A stretch of 64,000 nucleotides of DNA from Salaquimonas sp. (GTDB lineage: Bacteria; Pseudomonadota; Alphaproteobacteria; Rhizobiales; Rhizobiaceae), in contig JANQQM010000038.1 in the NCBI GenBank assembly GCA_028289365.1, positions 51,115 to 115,114 of the forward strand. Direction: 5' to 3'. The notes under the pieces are model-generated. The model had not been told where the DNA came from. It did not search any database and worked only from the letters and a program-made list of their open reading frames with translations. The position numbers were made by a program, and so were the translations under genes. Below are positions 24,753 to 33,502 of the stretch, piece by piece (position 1 is the first letter of the stretch; every line of letters starts with the position of its first letter).

Positions 24753-27170
24753 CTAGGCTGCCCTGGTCTGGCGCTTTTGCGGCCGTTCGGAATTGCCCTT
24801 GGTTTCAGATGCAGGCGTCAGTTTCTGTGCGGTGTATTGTACTGCACCGGAAAAGCCGTTTCGAATGAGCTGCAGATCCCGTTCCAGCCAAGGCGCGTAA
24901 TGCTTGACAGTTCCGGCAGGCGGCGTTTCCACGGTCTCGTCGTGGCTATAGGTCAGATGACGATAGGCATAGGCATAGCTGAGGCGCTCCATGGAGAGGC
25001 ATGTCAGCGCTGCGCCGACTACATTGGCTCCCGCCATGTCCAATCTGGCCAAAGCAGCCTTTGCCGACTTGCGCGTCACCGATTTGGAGGAGACGACCAG
25101 CATGGTCGCATCGACCTGACCGCTCAGGATTTGGGCGTCTGCCAGATCGAGAATTGGCGGACTGTCGATGATAATCAGGTCGAAATATCTCGAACAACAC
25201 CTTAGTAGTGCACCCATTTTCGACGACGACAGCAGGTCAGCCGGATTTGGTGGTGGTGTCCCGGCTGACAGGAAGGTAACGCCCGGGAATTTCGTGCGCT
25301 GGAACAGGTCCAGCACCTGACTTTCATCAATCACATTGGACAGAAGGTTGCTAAGACCCGGACCCTCAGACGCCGAATAGATTTCATGAAGCCGCGGTTT
25401 GCGAAGATCGGCATCGATGACCAGCACGCGGCGACCAAGCGCAGCAAAATCCTGGGCGAGCTTGTAAACCGTTGTCGACTTGCCTTCGCCCGGCTGTGAT
25501 GATGTCACCAACAGGCTTTTTACGTCCTGTTCAACACCAGTAAAGCGCAGGGAAGATCGAAGGCTGCTGTAATTCTCAGAAATCTTGGATCGTGGGTTTT
25601 CCAGATCCTTGATCAAGGTTTCCTCATCGTTTTCGGGAATGGTTCCAAGAACCGGCAGTTTCAGTTCGGATTCCACACGTTCAGGTGTATCGAACTTGTT
25701 GCTGATCAACTCGATCAGGTAGATCAATGCTGCGCAAAGTGCTCCGAAAAATACCAATGCCATCAACATGTTACGTTCAAGGCGCGGTGTAAACGGCGCA
25801 CCCGGCGTGCGTGCATAGTCGATAATCGAGGCGTTGGTGTTCTTGAGTTCGGAACCAATGCCTACTTCGCTCAATTGAGCAATCAGCTGATCATATTGGG
25901 TGCGGTTTGAGTCCACCTCGCGCTTGAGGATCGTGTACTGGATATTCTTGTCCTGGAATTCCCGCTGTTTGGTTTCCAGCTCACCCAGTGCCCGGCGGAT
26001 ACTCTCTTCCTTCTGTGCTGCCAGTCCGGCCCGTGTTTCGACCGTTGCACCAATCGTGGCAGTCTCTTCCTTGATCTGACGCTGCAATTCCCTGATTTGT
26101 GCCTGGATCTTGCGCATTTCAGGATGATCGGGTTTCAGGGTGCTGCGCTTTTCTTCATAACCAGCCCTGAGCTCGGCAATTTTCTGCTTGGTGGTCTGAA
26201 TTGTCTCGCTCTCATAGACGGCCGGCAGGGATGTGATCTTGCCTGCGTTTGCCTGCTCCAGGTCGCGATCGGCAGCCAACCGTTCCTGAATTGCTTCGGC
26301 AAGCGCTTCATTTAGTTGCCCGATATTGTCTACAATCAACGAGGCATCATTTCCGGTGATGGTAATATTTTGCGCCTTTGCGTAGTTTACGAGCGCCTTT
26401 TCCGAATTTTGAAGCTTTGCCTTAGCTTCAACCACGCGCTGGTTAAGAAATTGACGTGCGAGATCGGAAGATTCACTCGTTTTATCAACGGTATAGTCGA
26501 TATAGCTACGCATCGCCTGATTGGCGACGAGTGCCGTGTATTTGGGGACTTCATGCGTAAACGAGACCCGGATAACGGAGCTGTCGCGGATGATGCTGAC
26601 GGACAATCCGCCACGGACGAGACCTACAGCCGCAGCTTCCCGTTCTTCTTTGGTCCAATCTGCCAGGCTGTTTTCCGATTCAGCACCAAATGCACGATCG
26701 ACCAGGTTCATCAGAGAAAATCCCGGCTTTGGCGCAATGAATGCGTCTTCATCGCCAAGGTTCAATTCGTGAACGATGCGCCGCGCAATATCTTCGCTTT
26801 CAAACTTGATGATCACATTTTCCATCGCGGAAAAGCGATCATATTGCGAAACGACTTCAAATTCCTCGAAGACCCGCGGCGTTGGGGTCTGGATTTCGAG
26901 ACGTGCTGAAGCACTATAGAGCGGCGTCTGCGACCAAGTATTAATTAGTCCGGCCGATATGCCGAGAATTACAAACCCCAGGATCAACCAACGATATTGG
27001 ATAGCATAGGAAATCAGCTTCAGCGGATCGAAACCAAATCCATCGTCTGCGATATCGTCTTGCATACGCGAGGTACGCCCGTTGTTTGACTGCAAGCCCT
27101 GCAGTTCCGACAGCGTCAGCATTACACATGGTTCTTCTTTCATGTGGCTGCCTGTATTGATCAAATTCAT
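24753..27170 (-). CDS. Polysaccharide co-polymerase PCP-2a with C-terminal tyrosine autokinase, copy 2
   Basis: 805 aa and clearly paralogous to copy 1 (FDPLKL, DKNIQYTILKREVDSNRTQYD, ESELKLPVLG). Kinase motifs are Walker A SQPGEGKSTTVYKLA, VLVIDADLRKP and DLIIIDSPPI. The Tyr patch SYAYAYRHLTYSHD is shorter and is followed by a long non-Tyr tail. Confidence 0.9.
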   Translation of the reverse strand: MNLINTGSHMKEEPCVMLTLSELQGLQSNNGRTSRMQDDIADDGFGFDPLKLISYAIQYRWLILGFVILGISAGLINTWSQTPLYSASARLEIQTPTPRVFEEFEVVSQYDRFSAMENVIIKFESEDIARRIVHELNLGDEDAFIAPKPGFSLMNLVDRAFGAESENSLADWTKEEREAAAVGLVRGGLSVSIIRDSSVIRVSFTHEVPKYTALVANQAMRSYIDYTVDKTSESSDLARQFLNQRVVEAKAKLQNSEKALVNYAKAQNITITGNDASLIVDNIGQLNEALAEAIQERLAADRDLEQANAGKITSLPAVYESETIQTTKQKIAELRAGYEEKRSTLKPDHPEMRKIQAQIRELQRQIKEETATIGATVETRAGLAAQKEESIRRALGELETKQREFQDKNIQYTILKREVDSNRTQYDQLIAQLSEVGIGSELKNTNASIIDYARTPGAPFTPRLERNMLMALVFFGALCAALIYLIELISNKFDTPERVESELKLPVLGTIPENDEETLIKDLENPRSKISENYSSLRSSLRFTGVEQDVKSLLVTSSQPGEGKSTTVYKLAQDFAALGRRVLVIDADLRKPRLHEIYSASEGPGLSNLLSNVIDESQVLDLFQRTKFPGVTFLSAGTPPPNPADLLSSSKMGALLRCCSRYFDLIIIDSPPILDLADAQILSGQVDATMLVVSSKSVTRKSAKAALARLDMAGANVVGAALTCLSMERLSYAYAYRHLTYSHDETVETPPAGTVKHYAPWLERDLQLIRNGFSGAVQYTAQKLTPASETKGNSERPQKRQTRAA

Positions 27171-27438
27171 ACCGGACCCATCCCATTGAACTCAATCGGG
27201 GTTTGTGTGTTGCCTTCAGGTCCCCGATTTGACCTCTTAAACGACGGTTCAATTCCTTGACGAATTACCGAAGTTTTTAACAATCTCGTCAAACAATAGG
27301 ATCTCGCTCATAAATTTTCGCTAATATACGTGGTAAACAAATTATGGATATTTGGCTGCCGCTGCCGCGGCCAGGTATCTAACGCTATTTTACTTGTAAT
27401 TTTTCTTGAAAATCCAAATTCAAATAAGCACAAAAATG

Positions 27439-27457
27439 TTATGTGCAGTGCACATAA
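27439..27457. promoter_or_regulatory. 19-bp palindrome in a divergent A+T-rich promoter region (candidate operator)
   Basis: TTATGTGCA-G-TGCACATAA has perfect 9-bp arms. It lies between PCP copy 2 (minus strand) and the plus-strand kinase/PqqD/NTase operon. Confidence 0.4.
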
Positions 27458-27556
27458 ATGATCTTGTTGATACAACCATTAATACGTTCAGTTTTTATCT
27501 CTGCGCGACTATGGTTATCTTCACGTACCGGGCTTACAAAAAAAGAATGCGAAAAA

Positions 27557-27871
27557 ATGTCCCGCGCCTACTTTGAAGATTTATTAAGTGACCCGAGATG
27601 GACGAGCGAAGAAAGAGCGTTCATTGAATTTGTTTGCGGGCCAACACCTTTCATTGTCGAATTTCTAGATAGCGAGCTGAAAAAGGAACGCATTACTGAA
27701 ATCAAGGACTGGTGCACCGAGAAATATGGTGACCCGTCCGATCCGTTCCGCGGTAAAACCGGTGATTGGCGGATTTGCTCAATTTCGGACCAAAAATCGA
27801 TCTGTTTTCGGCTTGAGGAACAATTGTCCGATTTCCTGACCTATCGAAAGAAACTTAAACAATATTCATGA
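27557..27871 (+). CDS. Hypothetical small protein
   Basis: About 104 aa from ATG 27557 (ORF track TTG at 27458). It is A+T-rich, has no recognised motif and no clear RBS. Confidence 0.35.
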   Translation: MSRAYFEDLLSDPRWTSEERAFIEFVCGPTPFIVEFLDSELKKERITEIKDWCTEKYGDPSDPFRGKTGDWRICSISDQKSICFRLEEQLSDFLTYRKKLKQYS

Positions 27872-28009
27872 GTTAGTGGCATCGCATTTGTCATTGATCT
27901 GCTGATACATCTGCCTTCTTACACGCAAGTTTGAATCATCCCGCATCTTGCCTGATGGTGTCTTAAACATGCGAATCATCTAAATTGCCGCATCGAGACA
28001 ACCCAAGAT

Positions 28010-28975
28010 ATGGTCTCGGTTGCACAAAGGCTTCAGCAAATGCCTAGATTTTCGTTATCCGCGAAATGGCATACGCCATGCTATGAGAAACTCTCCGCGC
28101 TCGAATGGACCAGCGGATTTTCGATTGCCTCCCATGGCGTCAGGATTGGGGTGCGGACGTCCGATCCGTCTATTGTCCCGATTTTGAAGGACAGCCTTCC
28201 AGCCAGTTGTGAACTGTGCGAGGCGGAAGCCGTTGATACGGTATTGTCAGTCGTATTGGGGGGGCGGGATAAAAAAACACGGACCCGCCGGTACCACCTG
28301 GTCTATCATAATCATTCGGTATTCTCGCGCTCGCATCGGCTTGAGGAAATCATTGACGGTTTCAAATCCTGTCTTGCAATGAACCTGGCGACATTGGCGA
28401 GGCGCCGTGTTTTCATTCATGCCGGTGCTGTTGGCTGGCAGGGCAAGGCAATTGTCTTTCCCGGTAAATCCTATAGCGGCAAGAGCACCTTGGTGCTGGA
28501 ACTGATCAAGGCCGGGGCGAGCTATCTTTCCGATGAATTTGCAGTGCTGGATTTCAAGGGCCGGGTTCACCCCTATCCCAAACCAATCTCCCTGCGTAAG
28601 ACAGCCAACGGCAAACAAATGGACGTGTCGATTTCGTCTATTGGCGGAACGACGGCAGATGCTCCGTTAACATTGGGGCTCGTTGTGGACACGCAGTTTC
28701 AGCCCAATGCGCTCTGGCTCCCCCGGATGCTTTCACCCGGCGAAGGATTGCTTTCGCTCCTGGCGAATTGCGCAGCCGCAAGATATGCGCCGGAGCGCTG
28801 CCTGCGGGCTATGGAACGGGCGTCACAAAACGCACAGTTCATTGCCTCACCGCGCGAGGAAGCAGCCAGCGTGGTGCCGGAGATATTGGATCTATTGCGT
28901 ACCGAAACAGAAACTGACGAATTCGCCGGTGTTGTTCAAGGTTCCGCGGAAAGCGCTCATTCCCTGGGATTGTGA
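28010..28975 (+). CDS. HPr-kinase-C-like P-loop kinase (HprK-related kinase), copy 2
   Basis: 321 aa. IHAGAVGWQGKAIVFPGKSYSGKSTLVLELIKAGASYLSDEFAVLD aligns with the copy 1 kinase core. Confidence 0.75.
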   Translation: MVSVAQRLQQMPRFSLSAKWHTPCYEKLSALEWTSGFSIASHGVRIGVRTSDPSIVPILKDSLPASCELCEAEAVDTVLSVVLGGRDKKTRTRRYHLVYHNHSVFSRSHRLEEIIDGFKSCLAMNLATLARRRVFIHAGAVGWQGKAIVFPGKSYSGKSTLVLELIKAGASYLSDEFAVLDFKGRVHPYPKPISLRKTANGKQMDVSISSIGGTTADAPLTLGLVVDTQFQPNALWLPRMLSPGEGLLSLLANCAAARYAPERCLRAMERASQNAQFIASPREEAASVVPEILDLLRTETETDEFAGVVQGSAESAHSLGL

Positions 28976-29463
28976 TGCCAATGCCATCCGAAATCAGACC
29001 GAAAGCGCGCACTGCTCGCATCGTGGTTCGCGAACTTGGGAGCGAGGTACTGATCTATGATCTGGACAGTCATGATGCGACATGTCTGAACGCAGCGGCA
29101 AGCAAGGTCTGGAAGCTCTGTGACGGTAAGAGAACCATTGGCGAGATATCTGCAGAACTGGAAAATGAGGCGTGCGGTGGCAGTGCCGAAGAAAACGTTT
29201 TGACGGCGTTAGAAAATTTCATTCAGGCGAATCTTCTGGAAGAGGTTCCCGAAATTGAGACGTCAGATGGAGAAAATCGCAGAGATGTTCTTCGTGGGAT
29301 CGTCGCGTCCGCAACCGCCATTCCCCTTGCCACAACCATCTCGGTGCCGGCCATGGCTCAAATCGCTTCGTGTCTTGGCAGGCGCGAACGGTGCAGGCGA
29401 TTTTTCGGTCCGGAATGTTGTCCGGGACTTGAGTGCCGCCGCCGCAGATGCAGACCGGAATGA
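28972..29463 (+). CDS. PqqD/RRE-like domain protein with internal Tat-like signal and C-terminal Arg-rich six-Cys peptide
   Basis: 163 aa. Its start overlaps the kinase stop (GTGATG). The PqqD-like part is ARIVVRELGSEVLIYDLDSHDATCLNAAASKVWKLCDGKRTIGEISAEL. This is followed by NRRDVLRGIVASATAIPLATTISVPAMA, then QIASCLGRRERCRRFFGPECCPGLECRRRRCRPE. Confidence 0.7.
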   Translation: MMPMPSEIRPKARTARIVVRELGSEVLIYDLDSHDATCLNAAASKVWKLCDGKRTIGEISAELENEACGGSAEENVLTALENFIQANLLEEVPEIETSDGENRRDVLRGIVASATAIPLATTISVPAMAQIASCLGRRERCRRFFGPECCPGLECRRRRCRPE

Positions 29464-29499
29464 CAACAAGGACATGCGAGACCTGCCTTGATCGCCCCA

Positions 29500-30630
29500 A
29501 TGCCAAATGACCCGAAATATACCAATGCTCAGATCATCGCGGAGCTGCTGTCCGGCGCATGGCGAAATGAAGTGGATCCGGCGTGGATTTCTCCCGAAGC
29601 ACTGCATGACATCCACCCGATTGTCCTTTCGACCGGCGCAGGCCCCTTATGCTGGCGGCGCATCGAAACCGTGCCCGAATTGCGGGAGACGGATGCCGGT
29701 CAACTTTTGCGTAAAAGCTATCTGATGACTGCCCTTCGCGGCCAAATGCTTGAGGAAACGCTTGAGCGCATTTGCGAGGTGCTTGACGAGTTCGAGGTCA
29801 TCCCTTTGATCTTCAAGGGTTGGTCAGTTGCACAATATTATGGTGATCCTGATTTACGCCCGTTTGGCGACATCGATCTTTGTGCTCCGCCAGATCGCTA
29901 TTTAGAGACCGCAGGTTACCTTTCACAATACGCGACAACACCACCAGATGGCGGCCGCAAGCGGCAGTTTGTTCCCGGCAAGAAAACCACAGTGTTTGGG
30001 TTTGACTGCGAATTACCGGGAAATGTAACCCAGATAGATCTGCATCGCGATCTTCAGCGCTTTCGATTTGATCAGCTTGAAGCGGTCTATGCGCGTTCTC
30101 GACTGATTCCAGTCAAGTCCCGCCAAATCCGGGTGCTGTCACCGGAAGATCATTTGCGGCTGCTTTGCCTGCATTTTCTCGACCATGGTGGCTGGCGACC
30201 AATCTGGCTCTGCGATATTGCCGCATTGCTCGAGGCACTGCCCGATGATTTCGATTGGGATCTCTGTCTCGGCGACGATCCCCTCACCCGTCATTGGGTG
30301 GAGATCGCGGTCGCGCTGGCCTGTCAACTTTTATGCGCTAATCCCAAAACCAGGCCTCAATTGCCGGCTTTGCCCTCCTGGCTAATCACCGAAGTTCTGG
30401 AACAGTGGCGCCGTCCGTTTGAGGCCCATATGCCCCGAACGAGATTTTTGCAGGTGCTTTTGCATTATCCGCTTGAGATAGTTTCTGAAGCTGCGGCTCG
30501 CTGGCCAAACAAGATCAGGGCAACTTGTGCAACAAAATCCAGGTTCGACGATAGACCGCGCTGGCCATATCAGCTATCTGAATTTTCTCGGCGTGCTTTC
30601 TCCTTTTTTGAGCTATCGGGTGCGCGCTGA
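29500..30630 (+). CDS. NTP_transf_5-type nucleotidyltransferase-fold protein, copy 2
   Basis: ATG at 29500 (ORF track TTG at 29488). The motif region is LDEFEVIPLIFKGWSVAQYYGDPDLRPFGDIDLCAPPDRYLETAGYL. Confidence 0.75.
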   Translation: MPNDPKYTNAQIIAELLSGAWRNEVDPAWISPEALHDIHPIVLSTGAGPLCWRRIETVPELRETDAGQLLRKSYLMTALRGQMLEETLERICEVLDEFEVIPLIFKGWSVAQYYGDPDLRPFGDIDLCAPPDRYLETAGYLSQYATTPPDGGRKRQFVPGKKTTVFGFDCELPGNVTQIDLHRDLQRFRFDQLEAVYARSRLIPVKSRQIRVLSPEDHLRLLCLHFLDHGGWRPIWLCDIAALLEALPDDFDWDLCLGDDPLTRHWVEIAVALACQLLCANPKTRPQLPALPSWLITEVLEQWRRPFEAHMPRTRFLQVLLHYPLEIVSEAAARWPNKIRATCATKSRFDDRPRWPYQLSEFSRRAFSFFELSGAR

Positions 30631-31016
30631 TTTGTTTCCCGAATCCGCCGTTCTACCGGGGGTTTAAATTCTTCTAGAAATACAAGAAATAGTAACAAAA
30701 AGAGGGCTGAACATATCAGCTCCAACGGCATCAATTCCGTAGCTTCGTGTGACAAAAGTGTTGCAGTTTCCGGATAATTTCGAATGCCAGCGGTTGGTTT
30801 AGCAAACAATCATAAACCCAAGAAAAGAAACCCTTGCATTGCCCGGCAAAATTGATTCAAAAGGAACATGTAGCGATTCTAAATTGCTAGAGTGGGTGTG
30901 TGGGGCCACTTCATTCGTCTGGGCCAATCAAGCACATTCAGAACAAGTACCGACCTAAGCGATTGATGGTCGATAAAAAGCTGAATTTTGCCATCTCGGG
31001 TGCGAGTCACCGTGAG

Positions 31017-31028
31017 TGCGGTAGCTTT
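31017..31028 (+). promoter_or_regulatory. ops-like element in the leader of the manC operon (speculative)
   Basis: TGCGGTAGCTTT against ops GGCGGTAGnnTG matches positions 2-8 and T11. It lies about 20 nt upstream of the TTG start of manC (31046). Confidence 0.3.
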
Positions 31029-31045
31029 ATTTTCATTTTCGCCTT

Positions 31046-32473
31046 TTGACCGTCATTCCTGTCATTTTATCCGGTGGATCCGGGACACGGCTCTGGCCGT
31101 TATCCAGGGCGTCCAAGCCCAAGCAGTTCCTATCCTTTGGTACGCAACATTCGTTGTTCCAGGAGACAGCGTTGCGGTGCCGCTCGGATTCATTTGATGC
31201 CAAACCCATAATCGTCGGATCCGAACCGCACCGGTTTCTGATCGCCGAAGATCTGCAATCGGTCGGCATCAAGGCGGATATTCTGCTGGAACCGGTTCCA
31301 CGGAATTCGACGGCTGCCATTGCAGCCGGCTGTCTGCAGGCATTGAAACGGGATCCGGAATCAATGGTCCTGATCCTGGCTGCCGACCATCATATTCCCG
31401 ACCATGATGCTTTTTGCGATGCTGTGATATTAGCCACCAAAGATGCGGCCGATGGTTATCTGATCACTTTTGGCATCAGGCCGACGCGGCCAGCCACCAG
31501 CTATGGCTATATCGAGCCGGGAGACATGCTGAAAGCCGGCTACAAGGTTCGCAATTTTATCGAGAAACCGGATCTAGAAAATGCGCGGGATAATATTCAA
31601 GCGGGCTATCTCTGGAACAGCGGCAATTTCCTGTTCCGGGCAGATGTCTTCATGGAAGAACTCGCCCGGCTCGCACCGGAAATAAGCGAGGCCGTAACAA
31701 AGGCATTTGAAGGTGGCGAAAGCGATCTTGATTTCATCCGGCTGGATAGTGCCGAGTTTGAAAAGGCACCATCCATCTCTGTTGACTATTGCGTCATGGA
31801 AAAGACCGAGAGAGCAGCGGTGCTTCCAGTTAGTTACCTCTGGTCTGATGTCGGCAGTTGGGATTCGGTCGCCGATCTGGCGCCTGGTGACGAACAGAAC
31901 AATTCGGTGATCGGTGAAGCAAGCATTCTTAAGGGCAAGGGCAATTTCATCCATTCCCAGGAGCGGCTTTCGACGATCGTGGGTATCAACAATGCCATTG
32001 TTGTTGCCACGCGCGATGCGGTTCTGGTTGCCGACAAGCACCATGCAGAGGACGTCAAGGCGCTGGTGACCCAGTTACAGGATGAGGGAAAGAGCGAAGC
32101 CAATACGGCGTTGCAGATCTTCCGGCCCTGGGGGAACTACGAGCAGTTGGATGTCGGGCCCAGCTATCAGGTCAAGCGCATAACGGTAAAACCGGGCGGC
32201 GAATTATCGCTGCAAAAACACGAACGCCGGGCTGAACACTGGATCGTGGTTTCCGGTGAAGCCGAGGTAACGATTGGTGATGAAGTTTCCATACTGCAGC
32301 CCAATCAATCTGCCCATATACCCTTGGGCGCAGTGCATCGACTGGCCAATCGCGGCAGCGAAAATCTGGTCTTGATCGAGGTACAGTCGGGCGATTATTT
32401 CGGTGAAGATGATATTATCCGGCTGGAGGATGTCTATCGCCGCAGCGAGAAACCGGAAAGCGTACTTGAATAG
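31046..32473 (+). CDS. manC: Mannose-1-phosphate guanylyltransferase / mannose-6-phosphate isomerase (bifunctional type II PMI-GMP)
   Basis: 475 aa with a TTG start. It has VIPVILSGGSGTRLWPLSR and a C-terminal cupin region with VKRITVKPGGELSLQKHERRAEHWIVVSG. Confidence 0.9.
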   Translation: MTVIPVILSGGSGTRLWPLSRASKPKQFLSFGTQHSLFQETALRCRSDSFDAKPIIVGSEPHRFLIAEDLQSVGIKADILLEPVPRNSTAAIAAGCLQALKRDPESMVLILAADHHIPDHDAFCDAVILATKDAADGYLITFGIRPTRPATSYGYIEPGDMLKAGYKVRNFIEKPDLENARDNIQAGYLWNSGNFLFRADVFMEELARLAPEISEAVTKAFEGGESDLDFIRLDSAEFEKAPSISVDYCVMEKTERAAVLPVSYLWSDVGSWDSVADLAPGDEQNNSVIGEASILKGKGNFIHSQERLSTIVGINNAIVVATRDAVLVADKHHAEDVKALVTQLQDEGKSEANTALQIFRPWGNYEQLDVGPSYQVKRITVKPGGELSLQKHERRAEHWIVVSGEAEVTIGDEVSILQPNQSAHIPLGAVHRLANRGSENLVLIEVQSGDYFGEDDIIRLEDVYRRSEKPESVLE

Positions 32474-32513
32474 ATTTTAAGATGGGAATCTGTACCAAGA
32501 TGATGTTGCTAAA

Positions 32514-33500
32514 ATGACCCGGCTTTACGATAGCCGAAAGCGAATCCTAGTCACTGGCGGTGCCGGTTTTCTGGGATCTCACCTGGTGGACAGGCTTCTG
32601 GAACGGGGCCATGAAGTATTGTGCGTCGACAACCTTTTTACGGGTACCAAGCGCAATATCGACCATCTGCACAATCATCCACGCTTTGAATTCATGCGCC
32701 ATGATGTGTGTTTTCCGTTGTTCGTGGAAGTCGATGAAATCTACAATCTCGCCTGCCCTGCTTCGCCTATCCACTATCAGCATGATCCGGTCCAGACGAC
32801 CAAGACTTCTGTCCATGGCGCAATCAACATGCTTGGTCTTGCCAAGCGCCTGAGATGCAAAATTTTGCAGGCCTCGACCAGCGAAATCTATGGTGACCCG
32901 TCAGTTCATCCGCAGGGGGAAGCATATTGGGGCAATGTCAATCCTATCGGGCCACGCTCCTGCTATGATGAAGGCAAGCGCTGCGCGGAGACGCTGTTCT
33001 TCGATTATCGCCGGCAGCATAACCTGTCGATCAAGGTCATGCGGATCTTCAACACCTATGGGCCGCGCATGCACCCGATGGATGGCCGGGTCGTCTCGAA
33101 TTTCATTCTACAGGCGTTAAAAAACGAACCCATTACGCTCTATGGCGATGGCAGTCAGACCCGCTCGTTTTGTTATGTCGATGATCTCATCGTCGGAATG
33201 ATGGCGCTGATGGATAGTGACGATTCTATTACCGGGCCGATCAATATCGGCAATCCGAATGAATTCACCATCCGGCAACTGGCTGAGAAAATCATCGAAA
33301 AGACCGGGTCCTCGTCGGAGCTGACAATCCATCCCCTCCCCCAGGATGATCCCAAGCAACGGCAGCCGGATATCTCCCTAGCCGGTGAGTTGCTGGCGTG
33401 GAAGCCTAATACGCAACTCGAAGCCGGGCTGGACCCGACGATCGCCTATTTCCGCGAACTGGTTGACGAAGGTGCGGTCGCGCCAATTGAGACTGTCTGA
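32514..33500 (+). CDS. uxs: UDP-glucuronate decarboxylase (UDP-xylose synthase-like SDR)
   Basis: 328 aa. [43 protein letters not shown]...[11 protein letters not shown], together with [11 protein letters not shown], is typical of the UXS family. Confidence 0.8.
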   Translation: MTRLYDSRKRILVTGGAGFLGSHLVDRLLERGHEVLCVDNLFTGTKRNIDHLHNHPRFEFMRHDVCFPLFVEVDEIYNLACPASPIHYQHDPVQTTKTSVHGAINMLGLAKRLRCKILQASTSEIYGDPSVHPQGEAYWGNVNPIGPRSCYDEGKRCAETLFFDYRRQHNLSIKVMRIFNTYGPRMHPMDGRVVSNFILQALKNEPITLYGDGSQTRSFCYVDDLIVGMMALMDSDDSITGPINIGNPNEFTIRQLAEKIIEKTGSSSELTIHPLPQDDPKQRQPDISLAGELLAWKPNTQLEAGLDPTIAYFRELVDEGAVAPIETV

Positions 33501-33502
33501 CC

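Noticed and set aside
30570-30809. A 79-aa minus-strand ORF with one hydrophobic segment, downstream of NTase 2
   Set aside because: It overlaps the 3-prime end of the NTase gene in antisense. It has no RBS and no motif, so it is probably not coding.
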